From positions 7,597,190 to 7,661,189 of the forward strand of contig OZ037771.1 in assembly GCA_964035545.1 (NCBI GenBank): 64,000 bases of DNA, given 5' to 3'. This DNA comes from Bugula neritina. Taxonomy: Eukaryota; Animalia; Bryozoa. A program made the translations under genes and the position numbers. Of this stretch, positions 60,651 through 64,000 are shown in pieces (position 1 is the first letter of the stretch; the number at the start of each line of letters is the position of its first letter). The notes under the pieces were generated by a model, which did no database searches, had not been told where the DNA came from, and saw only the letters and a list, made by a program, of their open reading frames with translations.

Positions 60651-63472
60651 CTACCACTCTCCATAGAATAAAGGAAACAAGTAAATCTTCCTTCTACCAG
60701 TGAGAGTATTTGTAACCACAGGAGTCTGTGTCACGTAAACAGTTGGATTTCTTTCTCTCCTTTTACCAGATATTTTCCTCACTCTGTACTTTACCTTCAA
60801 ATATTTTAAAACTAAATATATGCTGTTGTTTGCAGACGTCAAAATTTTTATTTTTTTAAAATATACTGGATGGAAAACTAGAACAAATGTTATTCAAATA
60901 AAATATCAAGAATTTCTGTTCTAATAGAGATAAAAGAAAGGTATCAAATCTGAAAAAACACAATGTAATGTGTAGGAAGCTTGTAAAAAGTATTATATAT
61001 GAAATAGAGAACTCAGTAAAGCTCATTCACTCTGCATTTTATACTATGACTATATCAAACTGCGACTATACTATACTATTACATGACGATGTTATACTAT
61101 GACTATACTATACTATGACTATACAATAACATGACTATAATATTACACTATGACTATATTATACTATGACTATATTATACTATGACTATATTATACTATG
61201 ACTATACTATACTATGACTATAATATGCTATGACTATATTATACTATGACTATATTATACTATGACTACACTATACTATGACTATATTATTGTACTATGA
61301 ATATATTATACTATGACTATATTATACTATGACTATATTATACTATGACTATATTATACTATGACTATAATATACTATGACTATATTATACTATGACTAT
61401 ACTATGACTATATTATACTATGACTATACTATGACTAGTCACTACAACTATACTACTATGACTACACCACACTAACTAATATGAAAACAGCCTCCTCTAA
61501 ATAGGAAATGATGTCACAGAAAGTTACTCACAATATCAAATAAGTCAGCAAGATCACGATGACAGCCATGTCTGTGTAAAGTCCTGACAAGTGTTCTTAT
61601 CAACAATGAGCCACCATAATCAAACTTCATAGAAGCACTGTCTATTAAAATAACACAATGAGTTAAATGGTAAATATTATACAGTGTAAAGTAACAGTGA
61701 GTGACACTATCCAGTAAAAACTGGTGAGAAATGTTAATTGAAAATTTGAAAATTGGGTTATTTCAGCAACGAAAGGTATATCTTGAGAAAGTCACATGGC
61801 TGGTGGGTTTCACAACTACTTGATGGTGATTGGGAGTTGTGGCCCATGATTTAGGTGAATAGGGATTAACCACACAGAATTGTTTGTAACTTAATCGTCT
61901 CACTTTAAATAAAAAACATTCAGTTAGAGAAAATACTTAGCCGAGTATTTTTAGGCAGCAGAGTATAAACTGTACAGACTAGTGTATCACAGATTAAATG
62001 AAAACTAGATAACTGTAACTCGCACACAAATAGTCTATGTACTCAGTTCAGGTTTATGAAAGGTCATGTGATTACACAGCACAGCACAGCTGCTACCTGC
62101 TCTTTTTATTCTATTTGTTTTTAATTTTCAATTGAATAATGGATTTGCGGTTTGAAAATTTTGGAAGATACTACTCTGAGTTAAATTTCTTAATAAAATT
62201 ATCCCATTCCTAAGAATGATGCCAGAAATATTGGTTTCTATCAGTGGACTAAACTCTCACTTTCAAAGCAGGAGTGAAGGATTAGAAGGTCGTCAACATC
62301 AAAGTTCCTCTGTCCAGTTGAAGTCTCAGCTTCCTGTTGATGAGTTCTGAGAGCAGAAAGTTCTGGTGAGGAGGAGTTGGTACTCTGTTGAATATTCTGT
62401 TCAGTTTGACTGACTGAGTTACCTGATTGATTAGTAACACATGTGATATACCAACCAGTATTCTATGTATATGTATGAATACTAGAGTATCATATAATAC
62501 AGTATTACAATAGTATAATATATTCTTACTCGTATCATATCTACACTCACCAACTCTGCACGCCTGAATAACCACAACTTTAGGCTTGCCGGCCATGTTG
62601 GGAAAATTTGTAGAGTTAATGAGAGTGTAGATCTGTGTTAGATAGACTGGCTGTGAGTCAACTCCATGAATCATTCCATTAGCTCCGTGTGCAAACAGAA
62701 ACAGGAAGAACATACCATAAGTGTTATGAATCTCATCTCTTGTCTCTGATTGAATACACTGTAGTATCTCCTGTATATGAATATAACACAACACACACAG
62801 TATACAAACTCAATGTGAGAGAGTCTATTCTATGAACAGAACTGACCAGCTCTAATAAACATACACTTCTATTCAGTACAGAGAGAATACAAGTAAAGAC
62901 AACTCCTGAGACTACATCCATATATTCAGTGTGAGTGTTGGGAGAGGGGAGAATTATTTTCTTCAGTAATTGCAGCTCAGACACAGAATGAAGCAAACAT
63001 ACAAACATAGGGGGAGGAGGGGAGTGGGACCCAACCATTTGTCAACATCTTTTTGCAGAACAACTGCAATCAAAATATAGAGACAAGCAAGAATATTTGT
63101 CACGTCTCATACTAGCCTTTAGGAAGTTAGCTCCGTGAAGCAAAGGTTAGCCTCAAAGTTAAGAGATTGTATTTCCCTACTTTAATAACTGATTCAATAG
63201 ACAAGTCTGCAGGCTATTATAACAGTGAAGTGAGACATTAACCATTATTAACTAGTCACACTACGTGATAAGAAAAGGGAGACAACTACAAGTAAATAGA
63301 AATATACCTCAGCTGTGAGATCCTTCTGCTTCACAACCTCAAATCCCATCTTCCTGAACAGAGCAAATGTGTTGTCAACATCATAACCAGAGCCAAGTCT
63401 CTCTCCTCCATTTCTATACTTGTTGTTTATAATCAGAGCTCTTCCTCTGAATGGACTCGTCATCTTGTATAT
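60651..63472 (-). CDS. Caspase exons of gene copy 3 (5' part lies outside the window)
   Basis: Exons 63308-63472, 62551-62770, 62261-62422, 61532-61641, 60651-60794; in frame; AHG and QACR retained. Confidence 0.88.
61043..61435. repeat. (ACTAT/ACTATG)n satellite, unit 3
   Basis: Visible directly. Confidence 0.95.
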
Positions 63473-64000
63473 CTGTAGATACAGACTATCTAATTAGTTT
63501 AGTACTTATTCATATCATATTAGAAGCAACTGAAGAGTTAAAAGTCGTCCATGAGTAGACTAATATGGTCTAGGGCATATTGTGGGACTTCTGCTAGCCA
63601 AAACAGTACTGGGAAAATTGAAAGTTCAACCTAGAAGTTTGTTCCGTAGAACAGTAACCCATTATTCACACTTACCATACCTTAGCCTGTAATAGCTAAT
63701 ATCAGCCATTTTTACAAATGTCTGAGCTTCCTGTACGGCATTGCAGTACGTTAAGATCAAGCAGTGCGTTAAGATCAAGCAGTACTTGATTCAAAAATGT
63801 TGCGGCGGAGTTCTATTAGACGGAAAAACTTTCGCGTCAACTCATTGGATATAATTGTCCAATAAAGTGTCACCTAATAGCGGACTTTGAAAACTTCAGA
63901 CCGGACACAATAAAAATGGCTGATATTTTACATTAGGATCTACAGGATGGTAAATGTGAATGAGGGGTAAATCAATCACAAGACTGTTAAAGGAAGGTTA

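Larger units (their letters stand above)
57422..64000. repeat. Tandem segmental unit 3 (partial, continues past the window)
   Basis: Colinear with the first part of units 1 and 2; contains the caspase exons. Confidence 0.95.

Overview
AT-rich animal (probably invertebrate) genomic DNA made of a tandem segmental array. Unit boundaries are near 1, 21630 and 57422, and the array runs past both window edges. Each unit carries one intron-rich minus-strand gene. Joining its exons by hand (GT-AG sites, compatible phases) gives one open frame: N-terminal cap, 46-aa two-LRR exon cassettes, Roc GTPase, COR, acidic linker, then caspase p20 and p10, i.e. an LRR-ROCO-caspase fusion. The LRR cassettes are phase 2-2 symmetric 138-nt exons. 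Their number differs between paralogs (5 vs 2) and they vary almost only at predicted concave-face residues. Copy 1 (3429-20602) has a single nonsense codon just after the P-loop. Copy 2 (24895-56392) is an intact frame of about 1177 aa. Copy 3 (60651 onward) is partial and has altered caspase specificity loops. Conserved IRF/ISRE-like and ETS-like motifs lie at the putative 5' end of each unit. One intron of copy 2 contains a complete 14,983-bp Polinton/Maverick (adintovirus-like) element at 39651-54633, with a 6-bp TSD, TIRs that start with 104-nt hairpins, and TAAATG gene starts. Other introns hold a 5'-truncated CR1-group LINE, hAT, Tc1/mariner and MITE-type elements, RTE fragments and satellites. 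All calls come from reading motifs by eye; no database searches were run.
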